64,000 nt of DNA from Ignavibacteriota bacterium (GCA_963701295.1 OY969585.1:1440001-1504000), one strand, 5' to 3'; positions 10,865 through 21,525 are shown, numbered from the stretch's first letter. Translations and numbers: made by a program. Notes: generated by a model not told the origin, from the letters alone.

Positions 10865-13408
10865 TCAAAACATGAATCCCATCGTTGCATAAAATGCGAT
10901 TTTATCCTCAGAACGTGCGAGAGAGAAATTAGCGATATATTCAGGCTTGATGACGGAGACCCATAGTCCGCCGCCGATGACGTTGTGCCAACGATTGGAG
11001 TGTTCGCTAGCAAGGAATACACGGCCGGTCTCCATAAATGCCGAAATACCTGACCATAATGGAACGATAAAGGGAATCCGTGCTAATTGTGTACGGACTT
11101 CTGCACTGCCAAAGATGGAAGCGTCACCGGAGAAACGTTGGCGCTCGAATCCGCGCAGTGATTCGTTTCCTCCGAGGAATGCTGATTCAAAGAATGGATG
11201 CTCACCCCAAAGCTTTTCACCCACTGTTCGTAATGCAATTGTTATGGATGGAATGTCTTCCAAGGTGAAATAAGTTCGAAGTTCACCTTGCAGTTTATAA
11301 AATGAATGCTCGTTGTCTAAGAAATTTGGCAAGTAAGATATTTCTACAACACTGTACATCCCTTGTATTGGAAGCTTTTTATTGACTCGAGTATCCCTTT
11401 GAACTTGTGCACTGATATTTAAGTAGGTAAGGCTTTTATTATAGAGAGGGAGTTTCAAGGAGTCTAATAAAGTGCCATACTGTGGATTATTATCAATGAG
11501 TTTCAGAGTACTGCCGATTTCAGTGCTCACTTCAGAAAAAAGTGTATAATCGAGTGCGACATGGAAAAAAATCTGCCGCTGATCCACTTTATAGAATGCG
11601 GCGTCGGCAAGTGATTGGCTGAACTTTGTTTCATTCCCGAGCCCAAAGAAGTTCGAGAGGTCAAGTTGTGATGCATGGAACTGGAGAAATGTGCGGACAC
11701 CACGGAACCAATCTCGGAATTCTCCGGTGGCGTCAAGTCGGTACCGATTGGTTCGGGTTGCCAATCCGGCGCGTACGCTCATTTGTTGTGTATAAGGTTC
11801 CATATGATATTCATATTGCGTATACACCGGTCCTCCACCAATAAAGAGACCGTCGTCCGGATTGATATCGAACCACGGACTAAAACTCCATTCGCTGCCC
11901 CAGTCGCGATGCGAAAAGCACATCGTTTTGTTCCGGTCATCTACAACATTCCTTGATTGATCATGAATAATTTGAATGTCGCTGTGTGTCGTTATGTGAT
12001 ATTCCGGATCACTCGTATAATAGATCGTTCCACGTGACGAAAGTGGATTAAGAGAGGCAAACAAATTTCTACTCTTGGTCTTGTCTATGAGTTCATTTTT
12101 TCCGTCGCCGCCATCAATAATGATTTTGATAGTACTGCTTTCTTCGCCTTCAAGAGCGATGATGTCATTGCCGCCAAGTAACAGGATTCGAATTTCTTCA
12201 GTGTAATCATCATGAAATAATCTTTGAAAGAGTTGTGTTCGCGTTGTATCCTCTCGATCGAATATTGTTACAGATACGATGTGTCGTCCTATTCGGTGTA
12301 TCTCTGCGCGTTCTGCTTTGTTGCTGCCATGCACTTCTACGTTCGCCGACAACAGCTTATAAAATTCCTCAGCAGCTTTCGGTAATTGTGCTCGTCGCGA
12401 TTGAAGAAGATGAAAAAGCTTTGTTCCTTCTTTTTCAAAAATTGAAATAGGAAGTCGTCTTAGAGCTTGCATGAGAACTGAATCAGAAAGTTGGGTTTGG
12501 ATCCAAAGCGCCAGCGAGTCCCATGTTTGCTTGGTAAAGGAGACCAGAAGTCTTCTATCAAGAGATCGTCCTGTGAGCGTGAGATTCTCGACGCCGGAAA
12601 TATTCTCGCCGCAATGTTCTAACTCAGGAAGAGCCATATCTGCGATAGTGGGAAGGATGCCGTTCAGCCGGACAAAAGCCTGCTGATGATTGAGTGGTAC
12701 AGGTTTCCAGATGATCCGACCATTCCTATAAACACTGACCCATTGCCATTGATCTGCCGAACGATTCCATTCACCGAGGAGAATATCAATGAAGCGGGCT
12801 TTTAAATATTGGAGCTCATCAATGCAGGCGCGATTATCCCCTTCCAGCGAATCCAGCATTTGTAGAGTGCCGACAAATTTATATGAAATAGAATCATATT
12901 CATCGAAAGAAATATTACACCATGGTTCTTCAAGAATTCCAAGGTGAGTGTAAACCTGCAAACTTTCTTTCTCAAAGTGTCCTTTTTCGGAAAGTGCAGC
13001 GAGTCTATTCTCTCGATAAGGAAGATTGACAGCACGGAGAATTGGAACGACTATAAGTGGTGCAAACGGATTCAACGCACTGATTTGATCAATCACAATA
13101 TTTCTCGGCAGTAACTCTGCGAGCTCGGGTGGGAGCGATACTGCTGAATCCGGTTTGAATGGAGTGAAAGAATATTCTTTACTAATGGATTCGTCTGAAT
13201 GAATAATTCCTACACGCACCGGAGTTGCCCAGACATCACGCCAGAGCGATCCGAAAAGAAATCGATGAAGTCCGCTTGCCTGGAAATTTGGATTGGCGGC
13301 GAGTGTGATACTGTCGCTTATGGAAAAAGAAGTATGGGTTTGTGCAGTTGCATTTTGTAAAGTTAAGAACGCCAGAATTGGAAAGAGAATATTCAATCTG
13401 AGCATCAA
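10865..13408 (-). CDS. Omp85 (BamA/TamA-like) outer-membrane protein with a large N-terminal domain
   Basis: Signal peptide; LGG..SLRGF..RFSGD barrel loop motif; terminal aromatic GFMF. Confidence 0.8.
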   Translation of the reverse strand: MMLRLNILFPILAFLTLQNATAQTHTSFSISDSITLAANPNFQASGLHRFLFGSLWRDVWATPVRVGIIHSDESISKEYSFTPFKPDSAVSLPPELAELLPRNIVIDQISALNPFAPLIVVPILRAVNLPYRENRLAALSEKGHFEKESLQVYTHLGILEEPWCNISFDEYDSISYKFVGTLQMLDSLEGDNRACIDELQYLKARFIDILLGEWNRSADQWQWVSVYRNGRIIWKPVPLNHQQAFVRLNGILPTIADMALPELEHCGENISGVENLTLTGRSLDRRLLVSFTKQTWDSLALWIQTQLSDSVLMQALRRLPISIFEKEGTKLFHLLQSRRAQLPKAAEEFYKLLSANVEVHGSNKAERAEIHRIGRHIVSVTIFDREDTTRTQLFQRLFHDDYTEEIRILLLGGNDIIALEGEESSTIKIIIDGGDGKNELIDKTKSRNLFASLNPLSSRGTIYYTSDPEYHITTHSDIQIIHDQSRNVVDDRNKTMCFSHRDWGSEWSFSPWFDINPDDGLFIGGGPVYTQYEYHMEPYTQQMSVRAGLATRTNRYRLDATGEFRDWFRGVRTFLQFHASQLDLSNFFGLGNETKFSQSLADAAFYKVDQRQIFFHVALDYTLFSEVSTEIGSTLKLIDNNPQYGTLLDSLKLPLYNKSLTYLNISAQVQRDTRVNKKLPIQGMYSVVEISYLPNFLDNEHSFYKLQGELRTYFTLEDIPSITIALRTVGEKLWGEHPFFESAFLGGNESLRGFERQRFSGDASIFGSAEVRTQLARIPFIVPLWSGISAFMETGRVFLASEHSNRWHNVIGGGLWVSVIKPEYIANFSLARSEDKIAFYATMGFMF

Positions 13409-13414
13409 TTTACT

Positions 13415-15097
13415 TTAGGTTGTGACTGGTTTCTGTAGTGCAATAATTTCTGCTGCGCGGGATAAAGCTTCATCGAGACTGCCGATGAGATTGTCTTCGC
13501 CAATCGTATCAACAAACTGCGACCGCTGCATCGCGAACAGCGGTTGTGCATGCACACCGACGAGCAGAAGGGCAGTCTTTCCTTTCCGAAGACGTTTTAA
13601 TAAATCTTCCAATGCCTGGAGTCCCGTTGCATCGATTGTGATGACGTTGCGCATTTCAAGAATGAGTACTTTCGGCGCTTTTTCAATGCGCTGGACAGCA
13701 TCACGGAATTGTTCGATGGCACCGAAGAAGAGCGAACCGCTAATAGAAAATACTTCAACACCGGCAGGTACATTCCGTCGTGCTAATGTCGGTTCTTCTT
13801 CTTCTTTTTCTTCATCCTTCAAATCTTTTGTGATAAGGCCGATTTGTGTTGCATTCGACATGCGCTGCAGGAAGAGGAATGCCGCAAATACAACTCCTAC
13901 TTGAATAGCAACGGTCAGATCGATGAACACCGTAAGCAAAAATGTTGATATCAAGACGACAACATCACCCCGTGGTCCGCGAAGGAGTTTCCCAAACGCA
14001 TGCCACTCGCTCATAGTGTAAGCAACATAGATGAGAATGGCGGCGAGTACCGACATGGGAATGAGTGCTGCCCATTTGCCTGCAATAAGAAGAATGAGCA
14101 GAAGAACGACGGAATGAATGATTGCTGAAACTGGTGTACGGCCGCCGTTTCGGATATTCGTCGCAGTGCGCGCGATAGCGCCGGTTGCCGGAATGCCGCC
14201 GAATATTGGCGATAGAATATTGCCGATGCCCTGCGCTATCAATTCCATATTGGAACGGTGCCGCGTGCCGAGCATTCCATCAGCAACGACAGCAGAGAGG
14301 AGCGATTCCAAAGCGGCAAGTAACGCGATTGTGATGGCAGGTGAAAACATCTTGGTTGCTAACTTCCAGCTTATATGTGGAATATGCGGTGAAGGAAAAT
14401 GACTTGGCATACCGCCGAACTGCGATCCGATTGTTTCAACAGGCAGGCGAAAAATCGCAACCACAGCAGTCGCGATAATAAGTGCGATCAATGAACCCGG
14501 AATACGCTTTGTTATACGCGGCCAGAGTATAATAATGAGAAGCGAACCTAACCCGACAATCAAACTTGGAAAGTGAACTGTTGCGATGTTTTCTCCATAT
14601 GCCATCCACTTATCTAAGAACTCAGCGGGGACATCGTCCATCCGCAAGCCAAAGAAATCACGCATTTGCGAGGAGAAAATAATGAGTGCGATTCCGCTGG
14701 TAAATCCGACAACAACAGGATAGGGAATAAATTTTAGGAATACGCCCGCGCGCGCGATACCCATCACGACAAGCATAAGTCCAGCAAGAAATGTGGCGAT
14801 GACTAGACCGTTATAACCGTACTGATGCACAATGCCATAAATAATAACAATAAAAGCTCCGGTTGGACCGCTTACCTGCGCTCGGCTTCCGCCGAATATG
14901 GCAATAAAAAATCCAGCAATGATGGCAGTGTAAAGGCCTTGTTCAGGTTTCACGCCGGATGCGATAGCAAATGCAATCGCCAGCGGCAGCGCAACAATGC
15001 CGACAATAATGCCTGCCGTCAGATCTGAGGTAAAATCTTTTACAGAATACCCTTTACGGAGGATGGAAAAAAGTTTTGGTTCAAGACGCTTATTCAT
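13415..15097 (-). CDS. SulP/SLC26 anion permease with STAS domain
   Basis: GIIVGIVALPLAIAFAIASG, QVSGPTGAF, GAIARTATN; STAS DATGL motif. Confidence 0.93.
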   Translation of the reverse strand: MNKRLEPKLFSILRKGYSVKDFTSDLTAGIIVGIVALPLAIAFAIASGVKPEQGLYTAIIAGFFIAIFGGSRAQVSGPTGAFIVIIYGIVHQYGYNGLVIATFLAGLMLVVMGIARAGVFLKFIPYPVVVGFTSGIALIIFSSQMRDFFGLRMDDVPAEFLDKWMAYGENIATVHFPSLIVGLGSLLIIILWPRITKRIPGSLIALIIATAVVAIFRLPVETIGSQFGGMPSHFPSPHIPHISWKLATKMFSPAITIALLAALESLLSAVVADGMLGTRHRSNMELIAQGIGNILSPIFGGIPATGAIARTATNIRNGGRTPVSAIIHSVVLLLILLIAGKWAALIPMSVLAAILIYVAYTMSEWHAFGKLLRGPRGDVVVLISTFLLTVFIDLTVAIQVGVVFAAFLFLQRMSNATQIGLITKDLKDEEKEEEEPTLARRNVPAGVEVFSISGSLFFGAIEQFRDAVQRIEKAPKVLILEMRNVITIDATGLQALEDLLKRLRKGKTALLLVGVHAQPLFAMQRSQFVDTIGEDNLIGSLDEALSRAAEIIALQKPVTT

Positions 15098-15310
15098 AAT
15101 AGTAACTTTGCAAACTTTCTAAAAATCAATTTCTGGGAATGAAACAACTAGTTTATGATTACTCAATACTTCTTAAAAATACGGAATTCTTTCGGCTTTA
15201 TCATCAGCTAAAAAATGAAAAGGTTTTCATTTCCCGAAGGCAATTATTCCAAAAAATCCGTACGTTATCACTACGAAAAAAATAAAATTATATCTAAAGG
15301 AATTAATGTT

Positions 15311-16867
15311 ATGGCATTGAAACCTTTTAAGAATGAGCCGCCGACCGATTTCTCCAAACCGGTTAATCGAAAAGCGTTGGAAAAAGCGCTCGCCAAAGTC
15401 AAGGCTATGCTTGGAAAGCAATATCCGCTTGGCATCGGTGAGGAAGAAATTTTCACTGATGATAAACTGAAATCCATTAATCCCTCGCGGCCGAGCGAAG
15501 TAGTTGGAGTATTTTCTAAGGCAAATCCGGAGCTAGCAAATAAAGCTATTGAGACTGCGGCTGCAAAGTTCGATGAATGGAAGTGGGTCGATCCGAAAAA
15601 GCGTGCAGACTATCTCTTCAAAGCGGCGAAGCTCATGCGGCAAAGAAAACACGAATTCAGTGCGGTAATGATCTATGAAGTCGGCAAGACCTGGCCCGAA
15701 GCCGATGCAGATACAGCTGAGGCGATCGATTTTCTTGAGTTTTACGCCCGCGAAATGCTTCGCTTTGCGGCAAAGCAGCCGATCACAAAATTTCCGGATG
15801 AAAAAAATGAATTGTGGTATATCTCGCTCGGTGTTGGGGTTGTTGTGCCGCCCTGGAATTTTGCTCTCGCGATTCTCACTGGCATGACCTCTGCCGCTAT
15901 CGTTACGGGTAATACTGTGGTTTTAAAACCCTCAAGCGATTCTCCATTGACCGGCTGGATGTTCTTTAATCTGATGCGTGAGGTCGGTTTACCGGCTGGT
16001 GTGATCAACTTTGTTACCGGCTCAGGTGCATCGGTCGGTGATATTCTGGTTGGGCATCCAAAGACGCGTTTTGTGTCTTTCACTGGATCGAAGGAAGTCG
16101 GCATACACATTAATGAACTGGCAGCGATAGTGCAGCCTGGGCAAAAATGGTTGAAGCGTGTCGTTATTGAAATGGGCGGGAAAGATTCCATCGTGATCGA
16201 TGATCAAACGGATCTTGAAGCAGCGGCGCAAGCGACGATGGTGTCTGCATTTGGTTTTCAAGGACAGAAATGTTCAGCAGCTTCACGCGTTATTGTGGTA
16301 GAAAAAGTGTATGACAAATTTCTCGATATTCTGAAAACCAAGATTGACAAACTTACAATCGGTGAATCAGATAACCCGGAAAACTATATGGGTCCGGTTG
16401 TTAATAAGAGTTCGGAAGAGAAGATTCTTTCGTATATTTATAATGGAATTCAAGAAGGCGGTTATGTGATTTGTGGCGGGGTCAAAGCAGCGGGAGAAGG
16501 ATATTTCATACAGCCGACCATGATTGCGGTGGTCAATCCAATGGCAACGATTGCGCAGGAAGAAATTTTCGGACCGGTACTTGCGGTTATCAAAGCGAAA
16601 GATTTCGATCACGCACTTGAAATAGCAAACAATACCGAGTTTGGACTTACCGGCGGTGTGTGGACGAGGAACAGAAAGAAAATCGAGAAAGCAAAAAAAG
16701 TGTTCCATGTGGGAAATTTCTATGTGAATCGTAAGATCACCGGAGCGCTCGTTGGTGTGCATCCGTTTGGCGGATTTAATATGTCCGGCACAGATTCAAA
16801 AGCAGGTGGAAGAGATTATTTACTCCTCTTTATGCAGGCAAAAGCATTGTCGGAAAAAGTCAAGTGA
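15311..16867 (+). CDS. pruA: L-glutamate gamma-semialdehyde (P5C) dehydrogenase, RocA/PruA type
   Basis: PFKNEP, PPWNF, FTGS, EMGGK, FQGQKCSA, EEIFGP, PFGGFNMSGT. ATG at 15311 chosen for its AAAGGA RBS (ORF track begins at 15215). Confidence 0.92.
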   Translation: MALKPFKNEPPTDFSKPVNRKALEKALAKVKAMLGKQYPLGIGEEEIFTDDKLKSINPSRPSEVVGVFSKANPELANKAIETAAAKFDEWKWVDPKKRADYLFKAAKLMRQRKHEFSAVMIYEVGKTWPEADADTAEAIDFLEFYAREMLRFAAKQPITKFPDEKNELWYISLGVGVVVPPWNFALAILTGMTSAAIVTGNTVVLKPSSDSPLTGWMFFNLMREVGLPAGVINFVTGSGASVGDILVGHPKTRFVSFTGSKEVGIHINELAAIVQPGQKWLKRVVIEMGGKDSIVIDDQTDLEAAAQATMVSAFGFQGQKCSAASRVIVVEKVYDKFLDILKTKIDKLTIGESDNPENYMGPVVNKSSEEKILSYIYNGIQEGGYVICGGVKAAGEGYFIQPTMIAVVNPMATIAQEEIFGPVLAVIKAKDFDHALEIANNTEFGLTGGVWTRNRKKIEKAKKVFHVGNFYVNRKITGALVGVHPFGGFNMSGTDSKAGGRDYLLLFMQAKALSEKVK

Positions 16868-16935
16868 AATTGAGAGATTTTGAGATGGTTGATTTGATGA
16901 TTTTCAAATCGAAAATCTACAACCGGATAATATAA

Positions 16936-17445
16936 ATGTCTGAACTAATCAATTGCCATTACTGCGGAGATGAGGTTACAGTTGACAGTGATTTCTGTCC
17001 GCACTGCGGTGTATTGTTTGCCGAAGCTGGAGAAGTTTTTTGTGATGAACATTTGCAGGAATCAGCGATATGTGTCTGTATTATCTGTCGAAAAGTATGC
17101 TGTGAAGATTGTGGAGTGAAAGTTGCCGGGCGCACTTTTTGCCAGGCACATCGCAAAGTAAAAGTGCAAGAGGATTGGGCTGAAGTATTTCGGTCCACTG
17201 AAGTTGCAGATGCAGAATTGGTAAAATCCCTGCTGGAATCGACCGGCCATAAAGTTCTCTGTCAGAATTTTAATTCGATTGGTTTTGTATGGGATGGCGG
17301 CGGCGATTCGCCAATCTCACGCAGCAATATTAATAAACCTGCAAAAGTATTTGTGCCGATTCCGGAATATCTCCAAGCCATAGAAGTTGTATATGATTGG
17401 CGCTCATCACAGGCAGTGATACAGTTTGACGAAACTGGAATGTAG
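16936..17445 (+). CDS. Cys-rich protein: zinc ribbon + B-box-like zinc finger + DUF2007-like domain
   Basis: CxxC-x10-CPHCG; CDEH...CIIC..CC..C...C..H; C-terminal [12 protein letters not shown]...KVFVP..Y..A. Confidence 0.6.
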   Translation: MSELINCHYCGDEVTVDSDFCPHCGVLFAEAGEVFCDEHLQESAICVCIICRKVCCEDCGVKVAGRTFCQAHRKVKVQEDWAEVFRSTEVADAELVKSLLESTGHKVLCQNFNSIGFVWDGGGDSPISRSNINKPAKVFVPIPEYLQAIEVVYDWRSSQAVIQFDETGM

Positions 17446-17470
17446 TTCAGACAAAGAGACGGTGTCTTTT

Positions 17471-18634
17471 ATGAAAATTCACGAATATCAGGGAAAAGAG
17501 ATTCTTAAAAAATATGGTGTTGCCGTACCAAAAGGAGAAGTTGCCTTCACTATTGATGAGGCAGTGAAAGTAGCCGAAAAAATCGGAGGCAGCGTGTGGG
17601 TTGTGAAAGCACAGATTCATGCCGGCGGCCGCGGCAAGGGCGGCGGTGTGAAGCTTGCATTAAGTTTTGAAGAAGTCCGTGAGCGAGCAGGAGAAATTCT
17701 CGGGATGCGCCTTATTACGCATCAAACTGGTCCGGAAGGGCGTATCGTCCGGCGGATTCTTGTTGAACAGGGGATGAATATTGCGCGTGAGTTGTATGTC
17801 GGAATTACACTTGATCGTCAGCGCACACAAAATGTTGTTATGGTTTCCACGGAAGGCGGAATGGAGATCGAGAAAGTCGCCGCGGAGACTCCGGAGAAGA
17901 TATTAAAAGAAGCAGTTGATCCCGCTTTCGGGTTACAGCAATTTCAAGCACGTTCACTTTGTATTCGGCTCGGCTTAACGGACGATGCATTGAAAAATGG
18001 CGTAAAATTCCTGATGGCTCTCTACAAAACATATGAAGCTTCCGATGCATCGCTGGCGGAAATCAATCCGCTTGTGATTACACAGGAAGGGCATGTCATT
18101 GCACTTGATGCAAAGATCAACTTTGATGATAATGCACTGTTCCGTCATCCGGAGTATGAGAATTTAAGAGATATCGACGAGGAAGACCCGCTGGAAGTCG
18201 AAGCATCAGCTTCAAATCTTAATTATATTAAACTCGATGGAAATGTCGGCTGTATGGTCAATGGAGCCGGACTTGCGATGGCGACGATGGATATTATCAA
18301 GCTTGCCGGTGGGATGCCGGCAAACTTTCTCGATGTCGGCGGCGGTGCAAATGCGCAAACCGTAGAAGCTGGATTCAAGATTATCCTCAAAGATGAGAAT
18401 GTGAAAGCGATTCTCATCAACATTTTCGGTGGGATTGTCCGCTGTGATCGTGTTGCAACGGGTGTGGTTGAAGCGGCAAAGAAAGTTGATGTGCAGATTC
18501 CGATCGTTATTCGTCTTGCCGGAACGAACGCAGAACTAGCTGCAGAGATTCTGCAAAACTCCGGATTGAAATTCTTAGTCGCACGCAATTTAAAAGAAGC
18601 GGCACAGAAAGTAACACGTGCAATTGCGGCGTAA
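17471..18634 (+). CDS. sucC: Succinyl-CoA synthetase beta subunit
   Basis: [45 protein letters not shown]. Confidence 0.97.
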   Translation: MKIHEYQGKEILKKYGVAVPKGEVAFTIDEAVKVAEKIGGSVWVVKAQIHAGGRGKGGGVKLALSFEEVRERAGEILGMRLITHQTGPEGRIVRRILVEQGMNIARELYVGITLDRQRTQNVVMVSTEGGMEIEKVAAETPEKILKEAVDPAFGLQQFQARSLCIRLGLTDDALKNGVKFLMALYKTYEASDASLAEINPLVITQEGHVIALDAKINFDDNALFRHPEYENLRDIDEEDPLEVEASASNLNYIKLDGNVGCMVNGAGLAMATMDIIKLAGGMPANFLDVGGGANAQTVEAGFKIILKDENVKAILINIFGGIVRCDRVATGVVEAAKKVDVQIPIVIRLAGTNAELAAEILQNSGLKFLVARNLKEAAQKVTRAIAA

Positions 18635-18664
18635 AGTGCTCGATTTGATAATCGATTTTCTGTT

Positions 18665-18702
18665 ATCTCAATTACTCATATACTCATTATCTCATTGACT
18701 CT
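18665..18702. repeat. Degenerate 8-bp-period tandem array (ATCTCA/TACTCA + 2 nt)
   Basis: atctcaat tactcata tactcatt atctcatt gactct, in the sucC-gatB spacer. Confidence 0.7.
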
Positions 18703-18705
18703 ATA

Positions 18706-20163
18706 ATGTCTTGGAATGATCATTACGAACCTGTGATTGGGCTTGAAGTTCACGCACAACTCTTGACCAAATCGAAGACATTCTGTAGCTGCTCGACAAA
18801 ATTTGGGAATGAGCCGAATTCTCATGTGTGCCCCATCTGTCTTGGAATGCCGGGAGTGCTGCCGGTGATGACCAAGAATCACGTAGAATATATTATGAAG
18901 ATGGGATTGGCGACGAATTGCACAATTGCACCAAAATCGATCTTTGCACGGAAGAATTATTTCTACCCCGATCTTCCGAAGGGCTACCAGATTTCGCAGT
19001 ACGAAGAACCTATTTGCATCAACGGCTGGCTGGATGTTGAACTGAAGGATGGCTCAACCAAGCGTCTCGGTATCACACGCATCCATATGGAAGAAGATGC
19101 GGGCAAGTCAATACACGATCAGGATATCGACACGCTAGTGGATGTGAACCGCTGCGGTGTTCCGCTTATTGAGATTGTTAGTGAACCGGATATGCGCTCA
19201 CCGCATGAAGCATATCAGTACCTCTATAAAATTCGCCAGCTTGTGACCTATCTCAATATCTGCGATGGTAATATGGAAGAGGGAAGTTTACGGTGCGATG
19301 CAAACGTTTCGGTGCGAAAAAAAGGAGAAACAAAGCTTGGAACAAAAAGGGAAGTAAAAAATCTGAACTCATTCCGGTTTGTCGAAAAAGCATTGGAGTA
19401 TGAAATTGAAAAGCAGATAGAAACGTTAGAAAACGGCGAAACCATTGTTCAACAGACATTATTATGGGATTCCAGTAAAGGGATTTGTATTCCGATGCGT
19501 TCGAAGGAAGAAGCACACGATTATCGCTATTTTCCTGATCCCGATCTCGTCCCGGTATTGGTTAGTCAAGAGTGGGTCAACTCCGTGAAAGCGACGTTGC
19601 CTGAACTTCCAATGGTACGCCGTAATCGTTATATCACTGAATTTAAATTGCCGAAGTACGATGCCGACATCCTTACTGCCGAACATGAACTGGCGGATTA
19701 TTTTGAAGGTGTTGTTACTTGTCTCAGCAAAAAAAATGAAGAAACGTACAAGCTCGCGAGCAACTGGACGATGGTGGATGTTCTGCGGGTTGTGAATGAT
19801 CAGCATATCTCGGTTTCCCATTTTCCAGTTTCACCCAAAAATTTATCCGAGATGATCGATTTAATTGTCGATGGAACAATCAGCGGTAAGATTGCCAAAG
19901 ATGTCTTTGAGGAAATGTTGAAATCGCAGGATTCACCCAAATCGATCGTGGAAAAGAGGGGTTTAATGCAGGTGAGCGATGAATCTGTAATTGGAAAAGT
20001 GATCGATGAAATTCTTGCGAACAATCAGGGACAAGCAGAACAGTATAAAAGCGGAAAGCAGCAGGTCTTTGGATTTTTTGTCGGTGCGACAATGAAAACG
20101 ATGAAGGGGAAAGCGAATCCGAAAGTGGTGAATGAGGTGTTGAGGAAGAAGTTGAGTAGTTGA
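18706..20163 (+). CDS. gatB: Asp/Glu-tRNA amidotransferase subunit B
   Basis: [45 protein letters not shown]. Confidence 0.97.
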   Translation: MSWNDHYEPVIGLEVHAQLLTKSKTFCSCSTKFGNEPNSHVCPICLGMPGVLPVMTKNHVEYIMKMGLATNCTIAPKSIFARKNYFYPDLPKGYQISQYEEPICINGWLDVELKDGSTKRLGITRIHMEEDAGKSIHDQDIDTLVDVNRCGVPLIEIVSEPDMRSPHEAYQYLYKIRQLVTYLNICDGNMEEGSLRCDANVSVRKKGETKLGTKREVKNLNSFRFVEKALEYEIEKQIETLENGETIVQQTLLWDSSKGICIPMRSKEEAHDYRYFPDPDLVPVLVSQEWVNSVKATLPELPMVRRNRYITEFKLPKYDADILTAEHELADYFEGVVTCLSKKNEETYKLASNWTMVDVLRVVNDQHISVSHFPVSPKNLSEMIDLIVDGTISGKIAKDVFEEMLKSQDSPKSIVEKRGLMQVSDESVIGKVIDEILANNQGQAEQYKSGKQQVFGFFVGATMKTMKGKANPKVVNEVLRKKLSS

Positions 20164-20205
20164 GATATTGAGATGATAAGATAGTGAGATAAAAGATTTT
20201 GAGAG
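20161..20205. repeat. 8-bp-period TGAGAT array upstream of the four-helix-bundle gene
   Basis: tgagatat tgagatga taagatag tgagataa aagattt tgagag. Confidence 0.75.
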
Positions 20206-20215
20206 GGCAAAATCA

Positions 20216-20581
20216 TTGCATAACTTAGAAGAACTACAGGTGTATCATAAAGCATTAATCTTTACAAAAACGGTTAGAAAGATAGTGAAGGCTTTTCCAA
20301 AAGACGAATTGTTTGGATTGATTTCTCAATTTAAGCGGGCGGCTGATTCAATTGTTCTTAATATCGCTGAAGGAGCAGGTAATTCTTCAAATAAAGAATT
20401 TATTCATTTTCTTGACTATTCTATTCGTTCATCTTTTGAATGCAAAGGATGTCTGGATATAGCACTTGAAAATAGTTTTGTCAATGAGGATGAGCATCAA
20501 AAAATGATAACTAATGCAAACGAACTTATTGCAATGCTTTATGGACTCCAAAAGCATCTAAAACAAAAACAGAAATCTTAA
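20216..20581 (+). CDS. Four helix bundle protein (23S rRNA intervening-sequence protein/Avd-like family)
   Basis: LEELQVYHKA...FPKDELFGLISQFKRAADSIVLNIAEG...EFIHFLDYSIRSSFEC. TTG start. Confidence 0.92.
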   Translation: MHNLEELQVYHKALIFTKTVRKIVKAFPKDELFGLISQFKRAADSIVLNIAEGAGNSSNKEFIHFLDYSIRSSFECKGCLDIALENSFVNEDEHQKMITNANELIAMLYGLQKHLKQKQKS

Positions 20582-20586
20582 ATTAC

Positions 20587-20623
20587 ATCTCATAATCTCA
20601 ATTTCTTATAATCTAATATCTTA
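20587..20623. repeat. 8-bp-period ATCTCA array downstream of the four-helix-bundle gene, inverse of the upstream array
   Basis: atctcata atctcaat ttcttata atctaat atctta. Confidence 0.75.
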
Positions 20624-20648
20624 TTCAACTAAACAGAAAGAAAGCATC

Positions 20649-21407
20649 ATGCGTCTCAAAGTAATCGCCGGTAACTGGAAAATGAACAAAGACTTGAATG
20701 AGTCAGCAGAACTCATCAATGGTCTCAAATCGAAACTTACAACGTTGCCGAATGGCGTGAAAGCCATTGTCTGTCCACCGTTTATATCTCTTGCACTTGC
20801 AAAGGAACTGCTCAAGGGATCGCCCATCGAACTCGGTGCACAGAATATGTATTATGAAGACGAGGGAGCATTCACGGGAGAAGTTTCGGCAAAAATGCTC
20901 AAATTAGTCGGATGTAAATATGTTATCCTTGGCCATTCTGAACGTCGCCAGTACTTTAAAGAATCGGACGAGTTCATCAATACAAAAGCAAAGAAGGCTC
21001 TTGCATCGGGATTGATTCCAATCATTTGTATTGGCGAGACGTTGCAGGAGCGCGAAAAGAATATTACAAATCAGGTGGTAACAACTCAAGTCGCTGGATG
21101 TCTGAAAGGTATTCAAGCATCCGATGTCGAAAAATCGATTATAGCATACGAGCCGGTATGGGCAATTGGAACGGGAAAAGTTGCGACTCCACAGCAAGCA
21201 CAGGATGTGCACAAACTCATTCGTGGGCTTGTTGCTCAATTGTACAGCTCTGCAACGGCGGAGAAAGTCGTTATTCAGTACGGCGGCAGCGTGAAGCCGG
21301 ATAATGCAAAAGAACTTTTGCATCAGCCCGATATTGACGGCGCACTCGTTGGCGGCGCTTGTCTGAAAGCGGATTCGTTTGCTGCAATTGTACAAGCAGC
21401 GGCTTAA
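20649..21407 (+). CDS. tpiA: Triosephosphate isomerase
   Basis: AGNWKMN, GHSERR, AYEPVWAIGTG, YGGSV, LVGGA. Confidence 0.98.
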   Translation: MRLKVIAGNWKMNKDLNESAELINGLKSKLTTLPNGVKAIVCPPFISLALAKELLKGSPIELGAQNMYYEDEGAFTGEVSAKMLKLVGCKYVILGHSERRQYFKESDEFINTKAKKALASGLIPIICIGETLQEREKNITNQVVTTQVAGCLKGIQASDVEKSIIAYEPVWAIGTGKVATPQQAQDVHKLIRGLVAQLYSSATAEKVVIQYGGSVKPDNAKELLHQPDIDGALVGGACLKADSFAAIVQAAA

Positions 21408-21432
21408 GTTAGCTTGTCGAAATATAAAAGTT

Positions 21433-21470
21433 AAGAGGCGGCACTTGAAGAGGTGCTGCCTCTTTTTTTT
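21433..21470 (+). terminator. Rho-independent terminator after tpiA
   Basis: AAGAGGCGGCAC...GTGCTGCCTCTT followed by a T tract. Confidence 0.85.
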
Positions 21471-21525
21471 ATCTTCACATTAGATTAACGCGTGTTTCTT
21501 GGATGTTACGGGAACTTTCCGTAAA

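Noticed and set aside
17471-20163. sucC without sucD and gatB without gatA/gatC as novel stand-alone functions
   Set aside because: Partner subunits are often encoded elsewhere; this cannot be judged from one window.
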